Assembly (NCBI GenBank): GCA_964016885.1
Contig: OZ024757.1
Span: 9,982,001-10,046,000, forward strand
Direction of reading: 5' to 3'
Source of the DNA: Eledone cirrhosa
Taxonomy: Eukaryota
DNA: 64,000 bases
Both the position numbers and the translations under genes were made by a program. The notes under the pieces were generated by a model that was not told the origin of the DNA, did not search any database, and saw nothing but the letters and a program-made list of their open reading frames with translations. Positions 1 to 13,100 of this stretch are shown piece after piece; position 1 is the first letter of the stretch; each line of letters begins with the position of its first letter.

Positions 1-3000
1 GGGTTAAGTTAAGTTGGGGCTAATTTAAGTTGGTGTTAATTTAAGTTGGGGTTAAGTTAAGTTGGGGTTAAGTTAAGTTGGGGTTAAATTAAGCTGGGGT
101 TAACTTAAGTAGGGGTTAAGTTAAGTTGGGTTAAGTTGGGATTAACTTAAATTTGGGTTAAGTTAAGTTGGGGTTAAGTTAAGTTCGGATTGAGTCAAGT
201 GTGGGGTCAAGTCAAGTTGGGGTTAAGTCAAGTTGGGTTTAAGTTAAGTTGGGGTTAAGTTAAGTTGGGGTTAAGTTAAGTTGGTGTTAAGTTAAGTTGG
301 GGTTAAGTTAAGTTGGGGTTAAGTTAATATGGGGTTAAGTTAAGTTGGGGTTAAGTTAAGTTGGGGTTAAGTCAAGTTGGGGTTAAGTCAAGTTGGGGTT
401 AAGTTAAGTTGGGGTTAAGTTAAGTTGGGGTTAAGTTAAGTTGGGGGTAAGTTAATTAAGTCGGGGGTAATTTAAGTTGGGGGTAAGTTAAGCTGGGGTT
501 AAGTTAAATTGGGGTTAAGTTAAGTTGGGGTTAAGTTAAGTAGGGGTTAAGTTAAGTTGGGGTTAAGTTGGGGTTAAGTTAAGTTGGGGTTAAGTTAATT
601 TGGGGTTAAGTTAAGTTGGGGTTAAGTTGGGGTTAAGTTAAGTTGGGGTTAAGTTGGGGTTAAGTTAAGTTGGGGTTAAGTTAAGTTGGGGTTAAGTTAA
701 GTTGGGGGTAAGTTAAGTTAGGGGTAATTTAAGTTGGGGTTAAGTTAAGTTGGGGTTAAGTTAAGTTGGGGTTAAGGTAAGTTGGGGTTAAGTTAAGTTG
801 GGGTTAAGTTAAGTTGGGGTTAAGTTAAGTTGGGTTTAAGTTAAGTTGGGATTAAATCAAGTTGGGGTTAAGTCAAGTTGGGGTTAAGTCAAGTTGGGGT
901 TAATTCAAGTTGGGGTTAAGTCAAGTTGGGATTAAGTCAAGTTGGGGTTAAGTCAAGTTGGGGTTAAGTTAAGTTGGGGTTAAGTTAAGTTGGGGTTAAG
1001 TTAAGTTGGGTTTAAGTTAAGTTGGGGTTAAGTTAAGTAGGGGTTAAGTTAAGTTGGGGTTAAGTTGGGGTTAAGTTAAGTTGGGGTTAAGTTGGGTTAA
1101 GTTAAGTTGGGGTTAATTAAGTTGGGGGTAAGTTAAGTTAGGGGTAAGTTAAGTTGGGGTTAATTTAAGTTGGGGTTAAGTTAAGTTGGGGTTAAGTTAA
1201 GTTGGGGTTAAGTTAAGTTGGGGTTAATTTAAGTTGGGGTTAAGTTAAGTTGGGGTTAAGGTAAGTTGGGGTTAAGTTAAGTTGGGGTTAAGTTAAGTTG
1301 GGGTTACGTTAAGTTGGGGTTAAGTTAAGTTGGGGTTAAGTTAAGTTGGGATTAAGTCAAGTTGGTGTTAAGTCAAGTTGGGGTTAAGTCAAGTTGGGGT
1401 TAAGTCAAGTTGGGGTTAAGTCAAGTTTGGGTTAAGTTAAGTTGGGGTTAAGTTAAGCGGGGGTTATGTTAACTTGGGGTTAAGTTAAGTTGGGGCTAAT
1501 TTAAGTTGGTGTTAATTTAAGTTGGGGTTAAGTTAAGTTGGGGTTAAGTTAAGTTGGGGTTAAATTAAGCTGGGGTTAACTTAAGTAGGGGTTAAGTTAA
1601 GTTGGGTTAAGTTGGGATTAACTTAAGTTTGGGTTAAGTTAAGTTGGGGTTAAGTTAAGTTCGGATTGAGTCAAGTGTGGGGTTAAGTCAAGTTGGGGTT
1701 AAGTGAAGTTGGGTTTAAGTTAAGTTGGGGTTAAGTTAAGTTGGGGTTAAGTTAAGTTGGTGTTAAGTTAAGTTGGGGTTAAGTTAAGTTGGGGTTAAGT
1801 TAATATGGGGGTAAGTTAAGTTGGGGTTAAGTTAAGTTGGGGTTAAGTCAAGTTGGGGTTAAGTCAAGTTGGGGTTAAGTTAAGTTGGGGTTAAGTTAAG
1901 TTGGGGTTAAGTTAAGTTGGGGGTAAGTTAATTAAGTCGGGGGTAATTTAAGTTGGGGGTACGTTAAGCTGGGGTTAAGTTAAATTGGGGTTAAGTTAAG
2001 TTGGGGTTAAGTTAAGTAGGGGTTAAGTTAAGTTGGGGTTAATTTGGGGTTAAGTTAAGTTGGGGTTAAGTTAATTTGGGGTTAAGTTAAGTTGGGGTTA
2101 ATTTAAGTTGGGGTTAAGTTAAGTTGGGGGTAAGTTAAGTTAGGGGTAAGTTAAGTTGGGGTTAAGTTAAGTTGGGGTTAAGTTAAGTTGGGGATAAGTT
2201 AAGTTGGGGTTAATTTAAGTTGGGGTTAAGTTAAGTTGGGGTTAAGGTAAGTTGGGGTTAAGTTAAGTTGGGGTTAAGTTAAGTTGGGGTTACGTTAAGT
2301 TGGGGTTAAGTTAAGTTGGGGTTAAGTTAAGTTGGGATTAAGTCAAGTTGGGGTTAAGTCAAGTTGGGGTTAAGTCAAGTTGGGATTAAGTCAAGTTGGG
2401 GTTAAGTCAAGTTGGGGTTAAGTTAAGTTGGGGTTAATTTAAGTTGGGGTTGAGTTAAGTTGGGGTTAAATTAAGTTGGGGGTAAGTTAATTAAGTCGGG
2501 GGTAATTTAAGTTGGGGGTAAGTTAAGCTGGGGTTAAGTTAAGTTGGGGTTAAGTTAAGTTGGGGTTAAGTTAAGTAGGGGTTAAGTTAAGTTGGGGTTA
2601 AGTTGGGGTTAAGTTAAGTTGGGGTTAAGTTAATTTGGGGTTAAGTTAAGTTGGGGTTAAGTTAAGTTGGGGTTAAGTTAAGTTGGGGATAAGTTAAGTT
2701 GGGGTTAATTTAAGTTGGGGTTAAGTTAAGTTGGGGTTAAGTTAATTTGGGGTTAAGTTAAGTTGGGGTTAAGGTAAGTTGGGGTTAAGTTAAGTTGGGG
2801 TTAAGTTAAGTTGGGGGTAAGTTAAGTTAGGGGTAAGTCAAGTTGGGGTTAAATCAAGTTGGGTTTAAGTTAAGTTGGGGTTCAGTTAAGTTGGGGCTAA
2901 GTTAAGTTGGGGTTAAGTTGGGGTTAAGTAAAGTTGGGGTTAAGTTAAGTTGGGGTTAAGTTAAGTTGGGGGTAAGTTAAGTTAGGGGTAATTTAAGTTG

Positions 3001-6000
3001 GGGTTAAGTTAAGTTGGGGTTAAGTTAAGTTGGGGTTAAGGTAAGTTGGGGTTAAGTTAAGTTGGGGTTAAGTTAAGTTGGGGTTAAGTTAAGTTGGGTT
3101 TAAGTTAAGTTGGGATTAAATCAAGTTGGGGTTAAGTCAAGTTGGGGTTAAGTCAAGTTGGGGTTAATTCAAGTTGGGGTTAACTCAAGTTGGGATTAAA
3201 TCAAGTTGGGGTTAAGTCAAGTTGGGGTTAAGTTAAGTTGGGGTTAAGTTAAGTTGGGGTTAAGTTAAGTTGGGTTTAAGTTAATTTGGGGTTAAGTTAA
3301 GTAGGGGTTAAGTTAAGTTGGGGTTAAGTTGGGGTTAAGTTAAGTTGGGGTTAAGTTAAGTTGGGTTAAGTTAAGTTGGGGTTAATTAAGTTGGGGGTAA
3401 GTTAAGTTAGGGGTAAGTTAAGTTGGGGTTAATTTAAGTTGGGGTTAAGTTAAGTTGGGGTTAAGTTAAGTTGGGGTTAAGTTAAGTTGGGGTTAATTTA
3501 AGTTGGGGTTAAGTTAAGTTGGGGTTAAGGTAAGTTGGGGTTAAGTTAAGTTGGGGTTAAGTTAAGTTGGGGTTACGTTAAGTTGGGGTTAAGTTAAGTT
3601 GGGGTTAAGTTAAGTTGGGATTAAGTCAAGTTGGTGTTAAGTCAAGTTGGGGTTAAGTCAAGTTTGGGTTAAGTCAAGTTGGGGTTAAGTCAAGTTTGGG
3701 TTAAGTTAAGTTGGGGTTAAGTTAAGTGGGGGTTAAGTTAACTTGGGGTTAAGTTAAGTTGGGGCTAATTTAAGTTGGTGTTAATTTAAGTTGGGGTTAA
3801 GTTAAGTTGGGGTTAAGTTAAGTTGGGGTTAAATTAAGCTGGGGTTAACTTAAGTAGGGGTTAAGTTAAGTTGGGTTAAGTTGGGATTAATTTAAGTTTG
3901 GGTTAAGTTAAGTTGGGGTTAAGTTAAGTTCGGATTGAGTCAAGTGTGGGGTTAAGTCAAGTTGGGGTTAAGTCAAGTTGGGTTTAAGTTAAGTTGGGGT
4001 TAAGTTAAGTTGGGGTTAAGTTAAGTTGGTGTTAAGTTAAGTTGGGGTTAAGTTAAGTTGGGGTTAAGTTAATATGGGGTTAAGTTAAGTTGGGGTTAAG
4101 TTAAGTTGGGGTTAAGTCAAGTTGGGGTTAAGTCAAGTTGGGGTTAAGTTAAGTTGGGGTTAAGTTAAGTTGGGGTTAAGTTAAGTTGGGGGTAAGTTAA
4201 TTAAGTCGGGGGTAATTTAAGTTGGGGGTAAGTTAAGCTGGGGTTAAGTTAAATTGGGGTTAAGTTAAGTTGGGGTTAAGTTAAGTAGGGGTTAAGTTAA
4301 GTTGGGGTTAAGTTGGGGTTAAGTTAAGTTGGGGTTAAGTTAATTTGGGGTTAAGTTAAGTTGGGGTTAAGTTGGGGTTAAGTTAAGTTGGGGTTAAGTT
4401 AAGTTGGGGTTAAGTTAAGTTGGGGGTAAGTTAAGTTAGGGGTAATTTAAGTTGGGGTTAAGTTAAGTTGGGGTTAAGTTAAGTTGGGGTTAAGGTAAGT
4501 TGGGGTTAAGTTAAGTTGGGGTTAAGTTAAGTTGGGGTTAAGTTAAGTTGGGTTTAAGTTAAGTTGGGATTAAATCAAGTTGGGGTTAAGTCAAGTTGGG
4601 GTTAAGTCAAGTTGGGGTTAATTCAAGTTGGGGTTAAGTCAAGTTGGGATTAAGTCAAGTTGGGGTTAAGTCAAGTTGGGGTTAAGTTAAGTTGGGGTTA
4701 AGTTAAGTTGGGGTTAAGTTAAGTTGGGTTTAAGTTAAGTTGGGGTTAAGTTAAGTAGGGGTTAAGTTAAGTTGGGGTTAAGTTGGGGTTAAGTTAAGTT
4801 GGGGTTAAGTTAAGTTGGGTTAAGTTAAGTTGGGGTTAATTAAGTTGGGGGTAAGTTAAGTTAGGGGTAAGTTAAGTTGGGGTTAATTTAAGTTGGGGTT
4901 AAGTTAAGTTGGGGTTAAGTTAAGTTGGGGTTAAGTTAAGTTGGGGTTAATTTAAGTTGGGGTTAAGTTAAGTTGGGGTTAAGGTAAGTTGGGGTTAAGT
5001 TAAGTTGGGGTTAAGTTAAGTTGGGGTTACGTTAAGTTGGGGTTAAGTTAAGTTGGGGTTAATTTAAGTTGGGATTAAGTCAAGTTGGTGTTAAGTCAAG
5101 TTGGGGTTAAGTCAAGTTGGGGTTAAGTCAAGTTGGGGTTAAGTCAAGTTTGGGTTAAGTTAAGTTGGGGTTAAGTTAAGCGGGGGTTATGTTAACTTGG
5201 GGTTAAGTTAAGTTGGGGCTAATTTAAGTTGGTGTTAATTTAAGTTGGGGTTAAGTTAAGTTGGGGTTAAGTTAAGTTGGGGTTAAATTAAGCTGGGGTT
5301 AACTTAAGTAGGGGTTAAGTTAAGTTGGGTTAAGTTGGGATTAACTTAAGTTTGGGTTAAGTTAAGTTGGGGTTAAGTTAAGTTCGGATTGAGTCAAGTG
5401 TGGGGTTAAGTCAAGTTGGGGTTAAGTCAAGTTGGGTTTAAGTTAAGTTGGGGTTAAGTTAAGTTGGGGTTAAGTTAAGTTGGTGTTAAGTTAAGTTGGG
5501 GTTAAGTTAAGTTGGGGTTAAGTTAATATGGGGTTAAGTTAAGTTGGGGTTAAGTTAAGTTGGGGTTAAGTCAAGTTGGGGTTAAGTCAAGTTGGGGTTA
5601 AGTTAAGTTGGGGTTAAGTTAAGTTGGGGGTAAGTTAATTAAGTCGGGGGTAATTTAAGTTGGGGGTAAGTTAAGCTGGGGTTAAGTTAAATTGGGGTTA
5701 AGTTAAGTTGGGGTTAAGTTAAGTAGGGGTTAAGTTAAGTTGGGGTTAAGTTGGGGTTAAGTTAAGTTGGGGTTAAGTTAATTTGGGGTTAAGTTAAGTT
5801 GGGGTTAAGTTGGGGTTAAGTTAAGTTGGGGTTAAGTTAAGTTGGGGTTAAGTTAAGTTGGGGGTAAGTTAAGTTAGGGGTAATTTAAGTTGGGGTTAAG
5901 TTAAGTTGGGGTTAAGTTAAGTTGGGGTTAAGGTAAGTTGGGGTTAAGTTAAGTTGGGGTTAAGTTAAGTTGGGGTTAAGTTAAGTTAGGTTTAAGTTAA

Positions 6001-7100
6001 GTTGGGATTAAATCAAGTTGGGGTTAAGTCAAGTTGGGGTTAAGTCAAGTTGGGGTTAATTCAAGTTGGGGTTAAGTCAAGTTGGGATTAAGTCAAGTTG
6101 GGGTTAAGTCAAGTTGGGGTTAAGTTAAGTTGGGGTTAAGTTAAGTTGGGGTTAAGTTAAGTTGGGTTTAAGTTAAGTTGGGGTTAAGTTAAGTAGGGGT
6201 TAAGTTAAGTTGGGGTTAAGTTGGGGTTAAGTTAAGTTGGGGTTAAGTTAAGTTGGGTTAAGTTAAGTTGGGGTTAATTAAGTTGGGGGTAAGTTAAGTT
6301 AGGGGTAAGTTAAGTTGGGGTTAATTTAAGTTGGGGTTAAGTTAAGTTGGGGTTAAGTTAAGTTGGGGTTAAGTTAAGTTGGGGTTAATTTAAGTTGGGG
6401 TTAAGTTAAGTTGGGGTTAAGGTAAGTTGGGGTTAAGTTAAGTTGGGGTTAAGTTAAGTTGGGGTTACGTTAAGTTGGGGTTAAGTTAAGTTGGGGTTAA
6501 GTTAAGTTGGGATTAAGTCAAGTTGGGGTTAAGTCAAGTTGGGGTTAAGTCAAGTTTGGGTTAAGTTAAGTTGGGGTTAAGTTAAGCGGGGGTTATGTTA
6601 ACTTGGGGTTAAGTTAAGTTGGGGCTAATTTAAGTTGGTGTTAATTTAAGTTGGGGTTAAGTTAAGTTGGGGTTAAGTTAAGTTGGGGTTAAATTAAACT
6701 GGGGTTAACTTAAGTAGGGGTTAAGTTAAGTTGGGTTAAGTTGGGATTAACTTAAGTTTGGGTTAAGTTAAGTTGGGGTTAAGTTAAGTTCGGATTGAGT
6801 CAAGTGTGGGGTTAAGTCAAGTTGGGGTTAAGTCAAGTTGGGTTTAAGTTAAGTTGGGGTTAAGTTAAGTTGGGGTTAAGTTAAGTTGGTGTTAAGTTAA
6901 GTTGGGGTTAAGTTAAGTTGGGGTTAAGTTAATATGGGGTTAAGTTAAGTTGGGGTTAAGTTAAGTTGGGGTTAAGTCAAGTTGGGGTTAAGTCAAGTTG
7001 GGGTTAAGTTAAGTTGGGGTTAAGTTAAGTTGGGGGTAAGTTAATTAAGTCGGGGGTAATTTAAGTTGGGGGTAAGTTAAGCTGGGGTTAAGTTAAATTG
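1..7100 (+). repeat. HOR domain A, ~1.4-1.5-kb units (one longer 2.27-kb interval)
   Basis: The rare marker CGGATTGAGTCAAGTGTGGGG has its C at 186, 1662, 3931, 5385 and 6791 (spacings 1476, 2269, 1454, 1406). GGGATTAAATCAAG occurs at ~851, 3115, 4569 and 6007. Confidence 0.85.
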
Positions 7101-10100
7101 GGGTTAAGTTAAGTTGGGGTTAAGTTAAGTAGGGGTTAAGTTAAGTTGGGGTTAAGTTGGGGTTAAGTTAAGTTGGGGTTAAGTTAATTTGGGGTTAAGT
7201 TAAGTTGGGGTTAAGTTAAGTTGGGGTTAAGTTAAGTTGGGGGTAAGTTAAGTTAGGGGTAAGTTAAGTTGGGGTTAAGTTAAGTTGGGGTTAAGTTAAG
7301 TTGGGGATAAGTTAAGTTGGGGTTAATTTAAGTTGGGGTTAAGTTAAGTTGGGGTTAAGGTAAGTTGGGGTTAAGTTAAGTTGGGGTTAAGTTAAGTTGG
7401 GGTTACGTTAAGTTGGGGTTAAGTTAAGTTGGGGTTAAGTTAAGTTGGGATTAAGTCAAGTTGGGGTTAAGTCAAGTTGGGGTTAAGTCAAGTTGGGGTT
7501 ACGTCAAGTTTGGGTTAAGTTAAGTTGGGGTTAAGTTAAGTTGGGGTTAAGTTAAGTTGGGGTAAGTTAAGTTGGAATTAAGTCAAGTTGGGGTTAAATC
7601 AAGTTGGGGTTAAGTCGAGTTGGGTTTAAGTTAAGTTGGGGTTCAGTTAAGTTGGGGCTAAGTTAAGTTGGGGTTAAGTTGGGGTTAAGTTAAGTTGGGG
7701 TTAAATCAAGTTGGGGTTAATTCAAGTTGGGGTTAAGTCAAGTTGTGGTTAAGTCAAGTTGGGGTTAAGTTAAGTTGGGGTTACGTTAAGTTGGGGTTAA
7801 GTTAAGTTGGGGTTAAGTTAAGTTGGGGTTAAGTTAAGTAGGGGTTAAGTTAAGTTGGGGTTAAGTTAAGTTGGGGTTAAGTTAAGTTGGGGATAAGTTA
7901 AGTTGGGGTTAATTTAAGTTGGGGTTAAGTTATGTTGGGGTTAAGGTAAGTTGGGGTTAAGTTAAGTTGGGGTTAAGTTAAGTTGGGGTTACGTTAAGTT
8001 GGGGTTAAGTTAAGTTGGGGTTAAGTTAAGTTGGGATTAAGTCAAGTTGGGGTTAATTCAAGTTGGGGTTAAGTCAAGTTGGGGTTAAGTCAAGTTTGGG
8101 TTAAGTTAAGTTGGGATTGAGTCAAGTTGGGGTTAAGTTAAGTTGGGGTTAAGTCAAGTTGGGGTTAAATCAAGTTGGGGTTAAGTTAAGTTGGGGTTAA
8201 GTTAATTTAGGGGTAATTTAAGTTGGGGTTAAGTTAAGTTGGGTTTAAGGTAAGTTGGGGTTAAGTTAAGTTGGGGTTAAGTTAAGTTGGGGGGTAAGTT
8301 AAGTTAGGGGTAAGTCAAGTTGGGGTTAAATCAAGTTGGGTTTAAGTTAAGTTGGGGTTCAGTTAAGTTGGGGCTAAGTTAAGTTGGGGTTAAGTTGGGG
8401 TTAAGTTAAGTTGGGGTTAAGTTAAGTTGGGGTTAATGTAAGTTGGGGTTAAGTTAAGTTGGGGTTAAGTTAAGTTGGGGGTAAGTTAAGTTAGGGGTAA
8501 GTCAAGTTGGGGTTAAATCAAGTTGTGTTTAAGTTAAGTTGGGGTTCAGTTAAGTTGGGGCTAAGTTAAGTTGGGGTTAAGTTAAGTTGGTTTTAAGTTA
8601 AGTTAGGGGTAATTTAAGTTGGGGTTAAGTTAAGTTGGGGTTAAGGTAAGTTGGGGTTAAGTTAAGTTGGGGTTAAGTTAAGTTGGGGGTAAGTTAAGTT
8701 AGGGGTAAGTTAAGTTGGGGTTAAGTTAAGTTGGGGTTAAGTTAAGTTGGGGATAAGTTAAGTTGGGGTTAATTTAAGTTGGGGTTAAGTTATGTTGGGG
8801 TTAAGGTAAGTTGGGGTTAAGTTAAGTTGGGGTTAAGTTAAGTTGGGGTTACCTTAAGTTGGGGTTAAGTTAAGTTGGGGTTAAGTTAAGTTGGGATTAA
8901 GTCAAGTTGGGGTTAAGTCAAGTTGGGGTTAAGTCAAGTTGGGGTTAAGTCAAGTTTGGGTTAAGTTAAGTTGGGGTTAAGTTAAGTTGGGGTTAAGTTA
9001 AGTTGGGATTGAGTCAAGTTGGGGTTAAGTTAAGTTGGGGTTAAGTCAAGTTGGGGTTAAATCAAGTTGGGTTTAAGTTAAGTTGGGGTTCAGTTAAGTT
9101 GGGGCTAAGTTAAGTTGGGGTTAAGTTGGGGTTAAGTTAAGTTGGGGTTAAGTTAAGTTGGGGTTAAGTTAAGTTGGGGGTAAGTTAAGTTAGGGGTAAT
9201 TTAAGTTGGGGTTAAGTTAAGTTGGGGTTAAGGTAAGTTGGGGTTAAGTTAAGTTGGGGTTAAGTTAAGTTGGGGTTAAGTTAAGTTGGGTTTAAGTTAA
9301 GTTGGGATTAAGTCAAGTTGGGGTTAAGTCAAGTTGGGGTTAAGTCAAGTTGGGGTTAATTCAAGTTGGGGTTAAGTCAAGTTGGGATTAAGTCAAGTTG
9401 GGGTTAAGTCAAGTTGGGGTTAAGTTAAGTTGGGGTTAAGTTAAGTTGGGGTTAAGTTAAGTTGGGTTTAAGTTAAGTTGGGGTTAAGTTAAGTAGGGGT
9501 TAAGTTAAGTTGGGGTTAAGTTAAGTAGGGGTTAAGTTAAGTTGGGGTTAAGTTAAGTTGGGGTTAAGTTAAGTTGGGGATAAGTTAAGTTGGGGTTAAT
9601 TTAAGTTGGGGTTAAGTTATGTTGGGGTTAAGGTAAGTTGGGGTTAAGTTAAGTTGGGGTTAAGTTAAGTTGGGGTTACGTTAAGTTGGGGTTAAGTTAA
9701 GTTGGGGTTAAGTTAAGTTGGGATTAAGTCAAGTTGGGGTTAATTCAAGTTGGGGTTAAGTCAAGTTGGGGTTAAGTCAAGTTTGGGTTAAGTTAAGTTG
9801 GGATTGAGTCAAGTTGGGGTTAAGTTAAGTTGGGGTTAAGTCAAGTTGGGGTTAAATCAAGTTGGGGTTAAGTTAAGTTGGGGTTAAGTTAATTTAGGGG
9901 TAATTTAAGTTGGGGTTAAGTTAAGTTGGGTTTAAGGTAAGTTGGGGTTAAGTTAAGTTGGGGTTAAGTTAAGTTGGGGTTAAGTCAAGTTGGGGTTAAG
10001 TCAAGTTTGGGTTAAGTTAAGTTGGGGTTAAGTTAAGCGGGGGTTATGTTAACTTGGGGTTAAGTTAAGTTGGGGCTAATTTAAGTTGGTGTTAATTTAA

Positions 10101-13100
10101 GTTGGGGTTAAGTTAAGTTGGGGTTAAGTTAAGTTGGGGTTAAATTAAGCTGGGGTTAACTTAAGTAGGGGTTAAGTTAAGTTGGGTTAAGTTGGGATTA
10201 ACTTAAGTTTGGGTTAAGTTAAGTTGGGGTTAAGTTAAGTTCGGATTGAGTCAAGTGTGGGGTTAAGTCAAGTTGGGGTTAAGTCAAGTTGGGTTTAAGT
10301 TAAGTTGGGGTTAAGTTAAGTTGGGGTTAAGTTAAGTTGGTGTTAAGTTAAGTTGGGGTTAAGTTAAGTTGGGGTTAAGTTAATATGGGGTTAAGTTAAG
10401 TTGGGGTTAAGTTAAGTTGGGGTTAAGTCAAGTTGGGGTTAAGTCAAGTTGGGGTTAAGTTAAGTTGGGGTTAAGTTAAGTTGGGGTTAAGTTAAGTTGG
10501 GGGTAAGTTAATTAAGTCGGGGGTAATTTAAGTTGGGGGTAAGTTAAGCTGGGGTTAAGTTAAATTGGGGTTAAGTTAAGTTGGGGTTAAGTTAAGTAGG
10601 GGTTAAGTTAAGTTGGGGTTAAGTTGGGGTTAAGTTAAGTTGGGGTTAAGTTAATTTGGGGTTAAGTTAAGTTGGGGTTAAGTTAAGTTGGGGTTAAGTT
10701 AAGTTGGGGGTAAGTTAAGTTAGGGGTAAGTTAAGTTGGGGTTAAGTTAAGTTGGGGTTAAGTTAAGTTGGGGATAAGTTAAGTTGGGGTTAATTTAAGT
10801 TGGGGTTAAGTTAAGTTGGGGTTAAGGTAAGTTGGGGTTAAGTTAAGTTGGGGTTAAGTTAAGTTGGGGTTACGTTAAGTTGGGGTTAAGTTAAGTTGGG
10901 GTTAAGTTAAGTTGGGATTAAGTCAAGTTGGGGTTAAGTCAAGTTGGGGTTAAGTCAAGTTGGGGTTACGTCAAGTTTGGGTTCAGTTAAGTTGGGGTTA
11001 AGTTAAGTTGGGGTTAAGTTAAGTTGGGGTAAGTTAAGTTGGAATTAAGTCAAGTTGGGGTTAAATCAAGTTGGGGTTAAGTCGAGTTGGGTTTAAGTTA
11101 AGTTGGGGTTCAGTTAAGTTGGGGCTAAGTTAAGTTGGGGTTAAGTTGGGGTTAAGTTAAGTTGGGGTTAAATCAAGTTGGGGTTAATTCAAGTTGGGGT
11201 TAAGTCAAGTTGTGGTTAAGTCAAGTTGGGATTAAGTCAAGTTGAGGTTAAGTCAAGTTGGGGTTAAGTTAAGTTGGGGTTAAGTTAAGTTGGGGTTAAG
11301 TTAAGTTGGGGTTAAGTTAAGTTGGGGTTAAGTTAAGTAGGGGTTAAGTTAAGTTGGGGTTAAGTTAAGTTGGGGTTAAGTTAAGTTGGGGATAAGTTAA
11401 GTTGGGATTAAGTCAAGTTGGGGTTAATTCAAGTTGGGGTTAAGTCAAGTTGGGGTTAAGTCAAGTTTGGGTTAAGTTAAGTTGGGATTGAGTCAAGTTG
11501 GGGTTAAGTTAAGTTGGGGTTAAGTCAAGTTGGGGTTAAATCAAGTTGTGGTTAAGTTAAGTTGGGGTTAAGTTAATTTAGGGGTAATTTAAGTTGGGGT
11601 TAAGTTAAGTTGGGTTTAAGGTAAGTTGGGGTTAAGTTAAGTTGGGGTTAAGTTAAGTTGGGGGGTAAGTTAAGTTAGGGGTAAGTCAAGTTGGGGTTAA
11701 ATCAAGTTGGGTTTAAGTTAAGTTGGGGTTCAGTTAAGTTGGGGCTAAGTTAAGTTGGGGTTAAGTTGGGGTTAAGTTAAGTTGGGGTTAAGTTAAGTTG
11801 GGGTTAATGTAAGTTGGGGTTAAGTTAAGTTGGGGTTAAGTTAAGTTGGGGGTAAGTTAAGTTAGGGGTAAGTCAAGTTGGGGTTAAATCAAGTTGTGTT
11901 TAAGTTAAGTTGGGGTTCAGTTAAGTTGGGGCTAAGTTAAGTTGGGGTTAAGTTGGGGTTACGTTAAGTTGGGGTTAAGTTAAGTTGGGGTTACGTTAAG
12001 TTGGTTTTAAGTTACGTTAGGGGTAATTTAAGTTGGGGTTAAGTTAAGTTGGGGTTAAGGTAAGTTGGGGTTAAGTTAAGTTGGGGTTAAGTTAAGTTGG
12101 GGGTAAGTTAAGTTAGGGGTAAGTTAAGTTGGGGTTAAGTTAAGTTGGGGTTAAGTTAAGTTGGGGATAAGTTAAGTTGGGGTTAATTTAAGTTGGGGTT
12201 AAGTTATGTTGGGGTTAAGGTAAGTTGGGGTTAAGTTAAGTTGGGGTTAAGTTAAGTTGGGGTTACCTTAAGTTGGGGTTAAGTTAAGTTGGGGTTAAGT
12301 TAAGTTGGGATTAAGTCAAGTTGGGGTTAAGTCAAGTTGGGGTTAAGTCAAGTTGGGGTTAAGTCAAGTTTGGGTTAAGTTAAGTTGGGGTTAAGTTAAG
12401 TTGGGGTTAAGTTAAGTTGGGATTGAGTCAAGTTGGGGTTAAGTTAAGTTGGGGTTAAGTCAAGTTGGGGTTAAATCAAGTTGGGTTTAAGTTAAGTTGG
12501 GGTTCAGTTAAGTTGGGGCTAAGTTAAGTTGGGGTTAAGTTGGGGTTAAGTTAAGTTGGGGTTAAGTTAAGTTGGGGTTAAGTTAAGTTGGGGGTAAGTT
12601 AAGTTAGGGGTAATTTAAGTTGGGGTTAAGTTAAGTTGGGGTTAAGGTAAGTTGGGGTTAAGTTAAGTTGGGGTTAAGTTAAGTTGGGGTTAAGTTAAGT
12701 TGGGTTTAAGTTAAGTTGGGATTAAGTCAAGTTGGGGTTAAGTCAAGTTGGGGTTAAGTCAAGTTGGGGTTAATTCAAGTTGGGGTTAAGTCAAGTTGGG
12801 ATTAAGTCAAGTTGGGGTTAAGTCAAGTTGGGGTTAAGTTAAGTTGGGGTTAAGTTAAGTTGGGGTTAAGTTAAGTTGGGTTTAAGTTAAGTTGGGGTTA
12901 AGTTAAGTAGGGGTTAAGTTAAGTTGGGGTTAAGTTAAGTAGGGGTTAAGTTAAGTTGGGGTTAAGTTAAGTTGGGGTTAAGTTAAGTTGGGGATAAGTT
13001 AAGTTGGGGTTAATTTAAGTTGGGGTTAATTTATGTTGGGGTTAAGGTAAGTTGGGGTTAAGTTAAGTTGGGGTTAAGTTAAGTTGGGGTTACGTTAAGT

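Noticed and set aside
450-462. TTAATTAA as a piggyBac target duplication or footprint
   Set aside because: There are no terminal inverted repeats or transposase, piggyBac normally excises precisely, and slippage explains the motif.
1615-3745. 10-bp palindromes AACTTAAGTT and AAGTTAACTT as operators or hairpins
   Set aside because: A single G>C change in the monomer creates them automatically, and there is no gene context.
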